This document shows, piece by piece, positions 21,144 through 30,486 of a DNA stretch of 64,000 bases. Origin of the DNA: an uncultured Gammaproteobacteria bacterium. GTDB taxonomy: Bacteria; Patescibacteriota; Patescibacteriia; UBA9934; GWF2-40-263. The stretch's first letter is position 1. The number at the start of each line of letters is the position of its first letter. Under the pieces are notes generated by a model. It worked only from the letters and a program-made list of their open reading frames with translations. It did not search any database and was not told where the DNA came from. Where the stretch lies: NCBI GenBank assembly GCA_964399675.1, contig CAYNRK010000001.1:424-64423 (forward strand), read 5' to 3'. Made by a program: the position numbers and the translations under genes.

Positions 21144-21320
21144 ATGCGCAACGCAAACTCAGATCGTCGTTACCAATGTGGTGCTGGTGGTTGCAGTGCC
21201 CCCACCTGGCCGGATCCCGTGTTCTTCCCGTCGCTCTTGGGTCACGTACCCAGGCCGCGGCGCTTTGAGCGAGGATTCGTGCCCTGGCGGCGCTGGAGCA
21301 AGCTGGTTCCGCAGAAGTAG
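21144..21320 (+). CDS. Possible 58-aa leader ORF upstream of pyrF
   Basis: AAGGAG-TGTC-ATG; GC-rich; no recognisable domain. Confidence 0.3.
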   Translation: MRNANSDRRYQCGAGGCSAPTWPDPVFFPSLLGHVPRPRRFERGFVPWRRWSKLVPQK

Positions 21321-21413
21321 CGGTCAGCCGTCAGGTCGTCCGTGCGCGGGTACGCTGCGTGCGGGCGACCACTTCTTAGATCACCACAGTCCATCCCAAA
21401 AGGGGGAGACACG

Positions 21414-22349
21414 ATGAGTAAATTCGTCGAGATGCTTCAGGCTCGCTGGCAAGCGGGCAAGTTCACCTGTGTTGGCCTGGATCCCAGGCTTGCGCAGATC
21501 CACGAGAGCATCAGTGGAGAAACAGGTGCCTTGCGTCTGTACCGCTTTTGCATGAAAATCGTTGAGGCAACGGCAGCTTATGCCCTCTGCTTCAAGCCGA
21601 ACATCGCGTTCTGGCTGAGGGTTCCAGAAGGAGATAGAGCACTCAGGTCGCTCATCGAGCACGTCCGTTCGAGGTATCGACATGTACCAATCGTTCTGGA
21701 CCACAAGCTCGGGGACATCGGCTCCACCAACGAGGCGTACGCAGACTACGCGCTCGACGAGATGGGGGCTGATGCTGTCACGCTCAATCCGTACCTGGGC
21801 GCTGGTGCGAATGCTCCGTTCCTCGATCGCGAAGACAGGGGCTGCGTCTGGTTGTGCAAGACGTCCAACCCTGGTGCCGAGGAGTTCCAGGACCGGCAAG
21901 TCGTCGTGCACGGCGAAGAGCTCGCGCGCGTGAACGACACCCCGACCGGTGCCGTGCTCGAGCAGTTCGAGGATACGGACGTTCACACACTTCTGCTCCA
22001 CCAGCTCGTGGCGCACAACGTCACCCACAACTGGAACCGAAACGGGAACTGCGCGCTCGTGACCGGAGCCACGTTCCTCTCGGACATGGCACTCGTTCGC
22101 AAGATCGTCGGCGAGATGCCACTGCTCATTCCCGGGATCGGCAAGCAGACCGAGGGCCAGCCTGATGTGCTCGGGTCCACGGTCGAGGCCGGCATGAGCC
22201 CCGAAGGTGTGGGCATGATCATCAGCTCCAGCCGCGGTGTCATCCACAAGTCCACAGAAGCGGACTTCGCTGACGCGGCAGCGGTTGAGGTGATCCGGCT
22301 CAACACCGAGATCAACGCGGCTCGCGAGGCACTCCTGGCTGCAGCCTAG
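21414..22349 (+). CDS. pyrF: Orotidine-5'-phosphate decarboxylase (subfamily 2)
   Basis: CVGLDP, FKPNIAF, DHKLGDIGST, ADAVTLNPYLG, KTSNPG, LIPGIG, SSSRG; SD-like GGGGAG. Confidence 0.95.
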   Translation: MSKFVEMLQARWQAGKFTCVGLDPRLAQIHESISGETGALRLYRFCMKIVEATAAYALCFKPNIAFWLRVPEGDRALRSLIEHVRSRYRHVPIVLDHKLGDIGSTNEAYADYALDEMGADAVTLNPYLGAGANAPFLDREDRGCVWLCKTSNPGAEEFQDRQVVVHGEELARVNDTPTGAVLEQFEDTDVHTLLLHQLVAHNVTHNWNRNGNCALVTGATFLSDMALVRKIVGEMPLLIPGIGKQTEGQPDVLGSTVEAGMSPEGVGMIISSSRGVIHKSTEADFADAAAVEVIRLNTEINAAREALLAAA

Positions 22350-22380
22350 CCTCAGAGGCAACTGCTTCATCAACTCTCAC

Positions 22381-22406
22381 GAACGACTCGCCCGAGTCGT
22401 TCTTTC
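22381..22406 (+). terminator. Terminator after pyrF
   Basis: GAACGACTCG-CC-CGAGTCGTTC-TTT. Confidence 0.7.
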
Positions 22407-22423
22407 TATTACGGCTTAATATT

Positions 22424-22518
22424 GCGTCTTTGCGAGGAAGCCCGTCAGACGGGCTGACGAAGCAATCTCCGCATAACGGGGATTGCCGCGTCGGCTTTTG
22501 GGCTCCTCGCAATGACAC
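22424..22518. repeat. CGTC-type palindromic element, copy 1
   Basis: CGTCTTTGCGAGGA..GACGAAGCAATCTCC..GGATTGC..CTCCTCGCAATGAC. Confidence 0.85.
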
Positions 22519-22566
22519 AGGAGAGGTTGAGTAAAACCAAGATTTCTTATACTCTATCCTCAGCAC

Positions 22567-22642
22567 GGGCCCTTGGCGAAGTTGGTATCGCGCTTGCATG
22601 GCATGCAAGAGATCGCGGGTTCGAGCCCCGCAGGGTCCACCA
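22567..22642 (+). tRNA. tRNA-Ala(GGC)
   Basis: GGGCCCT/AGGGTCC, anticodon arm CTTGC-ATGGCAT-GCAAG, CCA. Confidence 0.95.
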
Positions 22643-22649
22643 CCGAGCT

Positions 22650-22735
22650 GAGCTCGGTTGACTGCAAAAAAGCAAAGCTGAGCTTTGCTGCAGGTCATCC
22701 GTGTATTCTTCAGCGAGGCAGTCGAGCTGAGCTCG
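22650..22735. repeat. Inverted repeat after tRNA-Ala
   Basis: GAGCTCGGTTGACTGC ... GCAGTCGAGCTGAGCTC with inner AGCAAAGCT-G-AGCTTTGCT. Confidence 0.55.
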
Positions 22736-22775
22736 ACGTGGCAAGCCAATCAAAAATTTAATATAATCAGAAAAT

Positions 22776-23567
22776 ATGGATAAGACCAAACTATTTTTCG
22801 TAATCGCAATGGTTATCATTGTGGCAATTATAATTGCGGTTTCACAGAAAGACCAAATCATTTCTGTAACCAATTTTGAGGAATGCATAGACGCTGGCAA
22901 TCCAGCAATGGAAAGCTATCCAAGGCAATGTCGTCATAATGACAGAACATACACTGAAGACATTAGTGACAAAACAAAAGAAGTTAAACCCATTTATGTC
23001 TCTACTCCAAAGCCAAACGATATTATTACAAGTCCTTTGACTATAAAAGGAAAAGCAATTGGTACATGGTTTTTTGAAGGAGACTTTCCGGTTATGCTAA
23101 CTGATTGGGATGGCAAAATTATTGCTGAAGGATTTGCTGCGGCAAAAGGTGATTGGATGACAGATGAGTTTGTGCCATTTACTACTTCGCTTGAGTTTGT
23201 TAATCCTGAATATCGCAACAATGGAACTTTGATTTTGCAAAAGGACAATCCATCAGATTTGCCTGAACTCGATGATGCGCTTGAAGTATCGATTTATTTT
23301 GAGGAGCAAGAAGATGTTGGTCCAAAGCTTCCAAAAGACAAGGCTTATAAAATTGCAGATGATAGTGAAGAATGTTCAATGGCTGGAATTGCAAAAGAGG
23401 ATCACGTTTATAATGAGATTACAAAAACTTGGTGGATTGATTTGGAAAGAGAACCAGAACTTGAAAAGGACGGATGCAATCCAGCGTGTGTTGTTAATGA
23501 GGAAACCTTAGAAGCAGAAGTAAATTGGAGATGTACCGGCCTTATTCCAGAGGAAGAAATCGAATAA
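22776..23567 (+). CDS. Membrane-anchored Gmad2 Ig-like domain protein
   Basis: N-terminal TM, NFEECIDAGNPAMESYPRQC, GTWFFEGDFPV..DWDG, KDNPSDLPE. Confidence 0.8.
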   Translation: MDKTKLFFVIAMVIIVAIIIAVSQKDQIISVTNFEECIDAGNPAMESYPRQCRHNDRTYTEDISDKTKEVKPIYVSTPKPNDIITSPLTIKGKAIGTWFFEGDFPVMLTDWDGKIIAEGFAAAKGDWMTDEFVPFTTSLEFVNPEYRNNGTLILQKDNPSDLPELDDALEVSIYFEEQEDVGPKLPKDKAYKIADDSEECSMAGIAKEDHVYNEITKTWWIDLEREPELEKDGCNPACVVNEETLEAEVNWRCTGLIPEEEIE

Positions 23568-23610
23568 TTAAATTAAAAAATACCTCAGTATTGTCTGGGG
23601 TGTTTTTTGT

Positions 23611-23639
23611 TTGACGAATAACACAGGACTAGATATGAT
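23611..23639 (+). promoter_or_regulatory. Promoter of pyrE
   Basis: TTGACG-17-TATGAT directly after the terminator hairpin at 23575-23608. Confidence 0.7.
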
Positions 23640-23662
23640 CATTTCGCAACCCGGAGGATGCA

Positions 23663-24331
23663 ATGGAACATCACTTTTCGTCAGACCTACAAGAGCTCGC
23701 TCGGCAACTGCTCGAGATTGGGGCCGTGAAGTTTGGAAGCTTCCAACTCAAGCTTCACGAGACCAAGCCGGATGCACCGCTCTCGCCCATCTACTTCAAC
23801 CTGCGAACAGAGGACAACCCCAACCCTGGGCCGCTCACCGCGCGCGAGCTGGATCTGATCGCGAAGATCTTCGCGAGGATGATCATGCAGCAGGTGCTGC
23901 GGTTCGATGGCATCTGCGGCATCCCGAACGCAGGAACGCCTCTTGCACAAGTGCTCGGTGTCCAATGTACAGCTCATCCGCTCGTGACTCTGCGCAAGAC
24001 CACGGGCGAGAGCAGTCGCAAGATCGACGCTGTTCTCGATCGCGGAGGACTTGGGTCAGGTGCACGCATCCTGCTCCTGGACGATGTGATCACAGGAGCG
24101 GACACCAAGAAGGAGGCTTTGGCTGTTCTACGGGAAGCCGGCTTCCAGGTCACCGAGCTTCTCGTGGTCGTGGACCGAGAGCAGTCCGATGGCGTGGCAA
24201 CGCTCGCGGCAGACGACTGCACTACCCGTGCCATCTTCACCATGAGCGAGCTGCTCGACTTCTATGTGCACATCGGGTGGATCACGCCGGACAAGCAAGC
24301 CGAGGTTCTCGCCTACATCGCGGCCAACTAG
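23663..24331 (+). CDS. pyrE: Orotate phosphoribosyltransferase
   Basis: GAVKFGSF.LK..SPIYFNLR, PRPP motif LLLDDVITG, VVVDREQ; SD GGAGG. Confidence 0.92.
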   Translation: MEHHFSSDLQELARQLLEIGAVKFGSFQLKLHETKPDAPLSPIYFNLRTEDNPNPGPLTARELDLIAKIFARMIMQQVLRFDGICGIPNAGTPLAQVLGVQCTAHPLVTLRKTTGESSRKIDAVLDRGGLGSGARILLLDDVITGADTKKEALAVLREAGFQVTELLVVVDREQSDGVATLAADDCTTRAIFTMSELLDFYVHIGWITPDKQAEVLAYIAAN

Positions 24332-24424
24332 TCCCCCCGAAGCTCGAAGAGCGAAGGGGGATTTCTGTTTCTCGACACTTTTTAATTTTGTAGATATACT
24401 CTTTTTGTTATTATCATTTTCTTG

Positions 24425-24542
24425 CGTCGTTGCGAGGAAGGAGGCCTCAAGCCGACTGACGAAGCAATCTCCGTGGAAGGCGCACGGAGATTGCTTCGTC
24501 GGCTTGCCGGCCTCCTCGCAACGACGCCGTGAGGGCAATGAC
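24425..24542. repeat. CGTC-type palindromic element, copy 2
   Basis: GCGTCGTTGCGAGGA..GACGAAGCAATCTCC..GGAGATTGCTTCGTC..CTCCTCGCAACGACGC. Confidence 0.85.
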
Positions 24543-24553
24543 ACAAAAAATTT

Positions 24554-25594
24554 ATGCTTCAAGTCGGAATCGTTGGGCTTCCAAATGTTGGCAAGTCCAC
24601 ACTTTTTAAAACACTTACCAAAAAGCAAGTTGATTGCGAGAACTTCCCTTTTTGCACCATTGAGCCAAATGTTGGTGTTGTTGAGGTTCCGGATGAACGT
24701 CTTGAAAAGCTTGCAACAATGTCTCGTTCAGAAAAAATTATTCCAACCGCAATTGAATTTTTGGATATTGCCGGACTTGTAAAAGGCGCGCATAAAGGAG
24801 AAGGACTTGGAAATCAATTTCTTTCAAACATTAGAAACGTTGACATGATCGTTCATGTGATCCGTGCTTTTGAGGATGAAAACGTTCACCATGTTGATGG
24901 TTCAATTGATCCAAAGCGGGATACAGAAACTATTGAAACAGAACTTGCAATGGCAGATCTTGAAACAGTTGAAAAGCGTTTGAATAATGTTCAATCAAAA
25001 ATGAAAGCTGGCAGAACAAAAGAATTGGAAGCCGAAGAGCACATCATCAAACAATTACTTGGTGCGGTTAGTGAAGGGAAGATGGCAAATACTGTTGAGC
25101 TTTCAGAAGACGAGGAAAAGATTGTAAAGTCTTTGAATCTTTTAACTCGCAAGCCGATTCTTTATATTCAAAACATTGCTGATGACAATGTCTCAGAAGA
25201 TTTTTCAATAAATTTTAAACTCGAGTCAGAGATTGTTGAAATGCCAGAGGAAGAGCAAGAAGAATTTTTGCGTGAGCTTGGACTTGAGCAGTCAGGGCTT
25301 GATCGGTTGATTACTGAATGTTATAAAAAGTTGGATCTAATTACCTTTCTAACAACCGGGGAACAAGAAACAAGAGCTTGGACTGTTAAAAAAGGTTCCA
25401 AAGCTCCTGTTGCTGCCGGAGTGATTCACACTGATTTTGAAAAAGCATTCATCCGCGCAGAGATAATTACTTATGAAGATTTTGTTGCCCTCGGTGGGGA
25501 GGCTGGAGCAAAAGAAGCTGGTAAGCAAAGAATTGAAGGAAAAGAGTATGTGATTCAAGATGGGGACGTGTGCCACTTCAGAGTTGGAGTATAA
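24554..25594 (+). CDS. ychF: Ribosome-binding ATPase YchF
   Basis: GIVGLPNVGKSTLF, NFPFCTIEPN, DIAGLVKGA..GEGLGNQFL, TGS domain. Confidence 0.97.
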   Translation: MLQVGIVGLPNVGKSTLFKTLTKKQVDCENFPFCTIEPNVGVVEVPDERLEKLATMSRSEKIIPTAIEFLDIAGLVKGAHKGEGLGNQFLSNIRNVDMIVHVIRAFEDENVHHVDGSIDPKRDTETIETELAMADLETVEKRLNNVQSKMKAGRTKELEAEEHIIKQLLGAVSEGKMANTVELSEDEEKIVKSLNLLTRKPILYIQNIADDNVSEDFSINFKLESEIVEMPEEEQEEFLRELGLEQSGLDRLITECYKKLDLITFLTTGEQETRAWTVKKGSKAPVAAGVIHTDFEKAFIRAEIITYEDFVALGGEAGAKEAGKQRIEGKEYVIQDGDVCHFRVGV

Positions 25595-25613
25595 CTGGCA
25601 AAAATTTCAAATC

Positions 25614-25641
25614 AAAAAATGACGGCTGGCCGTCATTTTTT
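25614..25641. terminator. Bidirectional terminator ychF/asparaginase
   Basis: AAAAAATGACGGC-TG-GCCGTCATTTTTT between convergent genes. Confidence 0.8.
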
Positions 25642-25647
25642 AGTTTC

Positions 25648-26745
25648 TTATATCAATTCATTTTCCAGAGTGATTTCTCCATGTAGATCCTCGATCATTA
25701 TTTGTTTAATGTCCTCATAGCTTTTCTTTTGACCAAGCAACCATCCTAACTTAACTGTCATTGCTTCAATGCTCATATCAAAAGCAGGAATTGCTAAATC
25801 GTTATCTCGTAAATGCTGCCCTGTTTCATTAACCTGAAAATTTGATACACCTCCAGGAGCCTGGGTTGTAACAACAATTGGGATTTTCTTTTCTTTCAAA
25901 TATTCAAACGCTGGAAATAAATGAGAGCTTGGATCACCTGCACCAAACGCCCGAAACACAAATGCTTTTATTCCATTGTTTTCTACCAGCGATTGAAAGA
26001 CATTCACTGACATTCCTGGGAACTCTGTAAAAGACGCAATGCTCTTTGTATCAAAATCTTTTTTAACACTCAGCACTCTTGATTGAACAGCCAATGCCTT
26101 TCTTTGAGACAGATACTTAACATGTTTTCTCATTGCTGCATCATCTATTCTCATGAACCTTCCAATGTTTCCTAAGGTTCCGGTTTGAAATGCTTTGAAC
26201 GGATCATAATCAAAATCAGTTCCTTTTTTTACTCTTGCGCCAGTAATTATTTTACTTCCAAAAACACAAATCACACCTTTAACTTCATGATAATCCCAAA
26301 CAGCTAAACGCAAAGCATTAACTAAGTTGGTCACAGCATCTGTTCCTAAATATCCCAAAGGTACTTGAGCTCCTGTGAGAATCACAGTCTTGTTTATATT
26401 TTCAAAAGCAAACGAAAGCGCTGCAGCTGTGTATCCCATTGTGTTTGTTCCGTGCAAGACAATAAAAGAATCATAGTCATCGTACTTTTCCTGAATTTCC
26501 GTTGCCAAGGTTGTCCAGTTTTCTGGTTGAATATTTGAACTATCAACATTAAACAACTCCACAATTGAAGGATTGATTTCAATGTTCCAATTCTTTTTAA
26601 CTATATCTACTGAGTTATTTAGAATTGAAAGAAAGCTGTTTGGATCAGATTTTGTATTTTGTGAAACATCGCTTTTTGCAACATTTCCAGCCACAGTCCC
26701 TCCGGTGAAAATTACCAATATTCTTTTTTGCGCGTATGTTGTCAT
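25648..26745 (-). CDS. L-asparaginase type I family
   Basis: IFTGGTVAG, DSSNIQP..W, HGTNTM, VILTGAQVP. Confidence 0.88.
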   Translation of the reverse strand: MTTYAQKRILVIFTGGTVAGNVAKSDVSQNTKSDPNSFLSILNNSVDIVKKNWNIEINPSIVELFNVDSSNIQPENWTTLATEIQEKYDDYDSFIVLHGTNTMGYTAAALSFAFENINKTVILTGAQVPLGYLGTDAVTNLVNALRLAVWDYHEVKGVICVFGSKIITGARVKKGTDFDYDPFKAFQTGTLGNIGRFMRIDDAAMRKHVKYLSQRKALAVQSRVLSVKKDFDTKSIASFTEFPGMSVNVFQSLVENNGIKAFVFRAFGAGDPSSHLFPAFEYLKEKKIPIVVTTQAPGGVSNFQVNETGQHLRDNDLAIPAFDMSIEAMTVKLGWLLGQKKSYEDIKQIMIEDLHGEITLENELI

Positions 26746-26778
26746 AGTTTTTTTGTTGTTGGGAGTAGGATAATATTT

Positions 26779-27981
26779 TTATAAAGAAAGCACAACAATT
26801 TCGCGGGCGATGTATTGTTTGTCGCGTTTATACAGATAGGAACCAATAAAATTAAAACCAATTTTTTCAAGCATAGATTTGAGCGGGAGTCTTTCAACAG
26901 AACCATCTGAAAGAACAAAAGCCGGAAAAGCTACAACAGCCATTCCGTCTTTTTTTAAAAGTTTGTGAAGTTCAACAAAAGAAGGTCGATACATGGACAA
27001 AAGATCTTTTGTAACTTTTTCTATTTTTGATTTGCGTATTGCACTTGATCGAGGTGTGCCAAGAAAAGTTTCAGTAACAATTAAATCAACCGGCTCTTGT
27101 ATGGATTCGGATAATGCTTCAGCCGAACTGACAAACAATTCTAAATCCTGATCCCACTTATGGGACGGTCGTCCCATAAGTGGGTCATAGGTTTCTTTGA
27201 GCCATTGAAGATTTTTTCGCGTATCATCAATTGCTTTTTCTGAAATATCTGACCCAATAACTTTTGTAAATCCTAAAAGCATTGCTTCCATAAGAATGGT
27301 TCCGGAGCCACAAAATGGATCCAAAAGTGGGCCGATCGTCTCATGATTTGATGAAGCAAGGTTGATCATCATGCGTGCGAGCTTTGGTGGAAGCATGCCT
27401 GACTTCGCGTCTCTTGCCGGTCGTCCAAAGTCTCGTTTTGACCATGCTTTAAAATCTTGAACAGTTTCAGTTTGACCGATCAGGATTTTATTTTTGCATG
27501 CAATAAACACAAATTCTCCACCTGATTCAAGTAATCCATTTTGTTTAACAATGACTGATGACAGCTTAGGTTCCTTTGAACTTACATATCGAACCGGGCG
27601 TCCTGTTTCTTTTAGAGCTTTCTTAATTTCTTTTCCAAGTTCCTTTAATGATTTTTCAATTCTTTTTCCAAGCTCTTTGTTCCCGTTGTCATAAACACTT
27701 AGCCCAAAAGAAATTTTATTTTTTCCAATGGCTTCTGAGGCAAAGCTGGCAATGAGTTCAGTGACATCTTTTATTTCATCCTGCTTTAGCTCGCCAATAA
27801 TATTTCCGATTTTTATAGTTCCAGCCAATCTGTTCTGAAGCTCCCCTAGATTATTTTTTACATCATCAAGCAACAGAATTTGGGAATCAGTGTTAATCCA
27901 CTCTTTAGGCGGATTTTCAATCACAGAATAAATTTCCTGAATTGATAACTTTGGATGAGATCCTAATATAAAATAGATCAT
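26779..27981 (-). CDS. SAM-dependent RNA methyltransferase (Trm11/UPF0020-like)
   Basis: GMLPPKLARMMINL, LLDPFCGSGTIL, GSDIS. Confidence 0.85.
   Translation of the reverse strand: MIYFILGSHPKLSIQEIYSVIENPPKEWINTDSQILLLDDVKNNLGELQNRLAGTIKIGNIIGELKQDEIKDVTELIASFASEAIGKNKISFGLSVYDNGNKELGKRIEKSLKELGKEIKKALKETGRPVRYVSSKEPKLSSVIVKQNGLLESGGEFVFIACKNKILIGQTETVQDFKAWSKRDFGRPARDAKSGMLPPKLARMMINLASSNHETIGPLLDPFCGSGTILMEAMLLGFTKVIGSDISEKAIDDTRKNLQWLKETYDPLMGRPSHKWDQDLELFVSSAEALSESIQEPVDLIVTETFLGTPRSSAIRKSKIEKVTKDLLSMYRPSFVELHKLLKKDGMAVVAFPAFVLSDGSVERLPLKSMLEKIGFNFIGSYLYKRDKQYIAREIVVLSL
27153..27184. repeat. Perfect 15-bp inverted repeat in frame in the methyltransferase
   Basis: CCCACTTATGGGACG-GT-CGTCCCATAAGTGGG encoding PLMGRPSHKW. 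Confidence 0.8.
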
Positions 27982-28060
27982 AACAAGCCCTACTATACAG
28001 CAGGGTTGACATTATCGGCAATTTATGGAAAAGTGTTCGGTCCTCAAACGGGAGGTCTAC

Positions 28061-28885
28061 ATGGCACTTTTCATAGGTGTTTTCCTTCTTTCGCTCGTGA
28101 TCATCATTCACGAGTTCGGCCACTTCTTTGCCGCGCGAGCGTGCGGTGTGAAGGTTAAGCAGTTCAACTTCGGATTCGGCCCGGTTCTGTTTGCCCGCAC
28201 CAAGTGGCAGACAGAGTGGACAGTCAAGCTCTTCCTGATGGGTGGTTCTGTTGTCATGCATGCAGAACAAGACGGCGATGACCACGATCCTCAAGCATTG
28301 CCGAGCAAGACGCTTGTTCAGAGGCTGGGTATTTCGCTGGCAGGTCCAGCAATCAATGTGGTAACAGCAGTGCTTGCCATGACCCTGGCGCTGATGCTTG
28401 GACTGAGTCCTGTGTCAAAGCTGGGTCAAATGCAACAGACCACGCAAACACAAACCAGTGTTGTCGACGCATTGCATGCTTCTGTTGAGAAGACAGCCTC
28501 CTTTCCAGCTGAGCTGTTTAGCAGGTTGGTCAACGGATTCGACCGATGGTCGAGCACGATCAAGGGCTCGTTCGGAAATCGCTACATTGGTTTTCCAGCA
28601 GTTGGAATCATGGTGGTTGGCGACAAGGGTCCATCTCTCTTGCTCTTTCTGTTCTTCTTCTGGATGTTGTCGCTTCTGGCGGCCGTGATCAATCTGCTCC
28701 CGCTCCCGCCGCTGGACGGGTCCAGGATCTGGTCAGAGCTGGTCCAACAATTCGTCACAAAGCCGATCCTACGAATCATCCTGGATCGCATGTGGAAAAC
28801 TTCGTTCCTGCTCGTGTTAGGAATAGAGCTCCTGCTCTTCCTGATCATGATCACCAACGATCTCTACGTCTTCATTGTCCGCTAA
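28061..28885 (+). CDS. M50 site-2 metalloprotease (RseP-like, no PDZ)
   Basis: HEFGH, FGFGP, AGPAIN, NLLPLPPLDG; SD GGAGG; GC-rich. Confidence 0.9.
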   Translation: MALFIGVFLLSLVIIIHEFGHFFAARACGVKVKQFNFGFGPVLFARTKWQTEWTVKLFLMGGSVVMHAEQDGDDHDPQALPSKTLVQRLGISLAGPAINVVTAVLAMTLALMLGLSPVSKLGQMQQTTQTQTSVVDALHASVEKTASFPAELFSRLVNGFDRWSSTIKGSFGNRYIGFPAVGIMVVGDKGPSLLLFLFFFWMLSLLAAVINLLPLPPLDGSRIWSELVQQFVTKPILRIILDRMWKTSFLLVLGIELLLFLIMITNDLYVFIVR

Positions 28886-28905
28886 ACTGGCGGACTTTTC
28901 TAATA

Positions 28906-29000
28906 TTGACTTTTTTTACTAAAATCGCTAGGATACCCGCACTAAATCATAATTGTCCGTGGCCCAAATAAGGGTCGTCCAGCCTAAAAGCCGGACCAAT
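28906..29000 (+). promoter_or_regulatory. rpsF promoter and structured leader (possible S6:S18 autoregulatory leader)
   Basis: TTGACT-17-TAGGAT; TCCG..GGCCC-AAATAA-GGGTC..CGGA. Confidence 0.5.
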
Positions 29001-29004
29001 ATAT

Positions 29005-29550
29005 ATGAATCAATACGAACTTTTGTATATTGTGCCAACGCAATATACTGATCAGGAGGTGGACGAGATTCAGGTGAAGATAAGTGGCATTGTCGAAAAA
29101 GTCGGCGGTACTGTTTCTTCAAGCAAGAATCTCGGGAAGATCCGTCTTGCTTATCCAATCAAAAAGGTCCGTCATGGATCTTATGTGCTGGTTTACTTTG
29201 AAAGTAAACCTGAGTCTATTAAAGAACTCAACAGATTACTTGGACTCTCAGAAGAGATGCTTCGTCACACAATCGTGACTCGAGTTCCAGGATTTGAGGA
29301 GCGTGAGTTTGAACTCACGTCTTATGTAGCCCCTCTTTCAGAAGAAGCGCGTGAGCAAAAACGAGAGGCAAGGGAACATAAAAAAGTTAAACCTATTGCA
29401 CCGGTTGCACCAGCACCAGCGCCTGCGCCAACACCAATTGCTCCTCCTGCACCTTCAGCCGAGACTCCTGAGGAATCAAAGATGACAATGGAAGAGCTTG
29501 ATAAAAAACTGGATGCGATTTTGGAGGATGATATTACTGAAAATATTTAA
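29005..29550 (+). CDS. rpsF: 30S ribosomal protein S6 with Pro/Ala-rich C-terminal extension
   Basis: YELLYIV, LGKIRLAYPIKK; rpsF-ssb-rpsR synteny. Confidence 0.95.
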   Translation: MNQYELLYIVPTQYTDQEVDEIQVKISGIVEKVGGTVSSSKNLGKIRLAYPIKKVRHGSYVLVYFESKPESIKELNRLLGLSEEMLRHTIVTRVPGFEEREFELTSYVAPLSEEAREQKREAREHKKVKPIAPVAPAPAPAPTPIAPPAPSAETPEESKMTMEELDKKLDAILEDDITENI

Positions 29551-29559
29551 ACGAAGATT

Positions 29560-30021
29560 ATGTATTCATTAAATAGAGCAACCATTATCGGTAATCTCAC
29601 CAGAGATCCGGAACTTAGACAAACACCAAACGGCCAAGCTGTGTGTTCATTCGGTGTTGCAACTAATAGATACTGGACAGGCAAGGATGGCACAAAGCAA
29701 GAGTCAGCTGAATTTCATAATGTTGTTGCCTGGGGCAAGCTTGCGGAAATTTGTTCTCAATATTTAAACAAAGGCCGCAAGGTTTATGTTGAAGGTAGAC
29801 TTCAAACTCGTGATTGGGAAGGTCAGGATGGCATTCGTCGATATCGAACAGAAATCATTACTGAAAACATGATCATCCTGGATAGGCCCGGTGGTAGCGG
29901 AGCTGCTCCAACAAGTTCTGGTTCAGCAGGAGGTTTTGTTCCTCCAGCGCCGGCTCAAAGCCAAGATGAACCAGCAGTAAATCCAGACGAAGAAATTAAT
30001 CTAGAAGATATTCCATTTTAA
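29560..30021 (+). CDS. ssb: Single-stranded DNA-binding protein
   Basis: LNRATIIGNLTRDPELR, EGRLQTR, EDIPF tail. Confidence 0.97.
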   Translation: MYSLNRATIIGNLTRDPELRQTPNGQAVCSFGVATNRYWTGKDGTKQESAEFHNVVAWGKLAEICSQYLNKGRKVYVEGRLQTRDWEGQDGIRRYRTEIITENMIILDRPGGSGAAPTSSGSAGGFVPPAPAQSQDEPAVNPDEEINLEDIPF

Positions 30022-30024
30022 ATT

Positions 30025-30252
30025 ATGGCAAATTCAAAAGGACTTAAAAAGCAAAAGCAATGTTACTTTTGCTATAACACCATAAAGCAAATTGATTACA
30101 AAGATGTAAAACTGTTACGACGCTTTTTGTCATCATTTGCAAAGATTGTGCCACGCAAGCGATCAAAAGTTTGTCAGCCGCATCAAAGACAAATGGTAAA
30201 CGCAGTCAAACGCGCACGAGTAATGGCACTTTTACCGTTTGTACAAAAGTAA
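30025..30252 (+). CDS. rpsR: 30S ribosomal protein S18 (Cys-containing)
   Basis: CYFC, IDYKDV..L, KRAR.MALLP. Confidence 0.97.
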   Translation: MANSKGLKKQKQCYFCYNTIKQIDYKDVKLLRRFLSSFAKIVPRKRSKVCQPHQRQMVNAVKRARVMALLPFVQK

Positions 30253-30263
30253 GATAAACAGCC

Positions 30264-30304
30264 AATAAAACAGCCCATTGATTGACATCAGGGCTGTTTT
30301 ATTT
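30264..30304 (+). terminator. Terminator after rpsR
   Basis: AATAAAACAGCCC...GGGCTGTTTTATT. Confidence 0.75.
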
Positions 30305-30486
30305 TCGATTCCTTACATTTTTATATAAAATCATTGCGTGGCGTAGGTTTATAGATAAGGATTAAATTATTGACCCCATACCATAAAAGTTGATTTTGTT
30401 AAAGAAATATGTTAAAAATGTGTGTAGATTTTTGGCTAATATATAACACTTTTGCAAAAAAATTTAAAAGTTCACTCTAATTTTTT

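Noticed and set aside
21381-22373. 330-aa antisense ORF and other overlapping ORFs over pyrF
   Set aside because: Shadow frames expected in GC-rich genes; the + frame has all PyrF motifs.
23611-24393. 260-aa alternative-frame ORF over pyrE
   Set aside because: Arg/Ala-rich off-frame composition; it starts inside the promoter.
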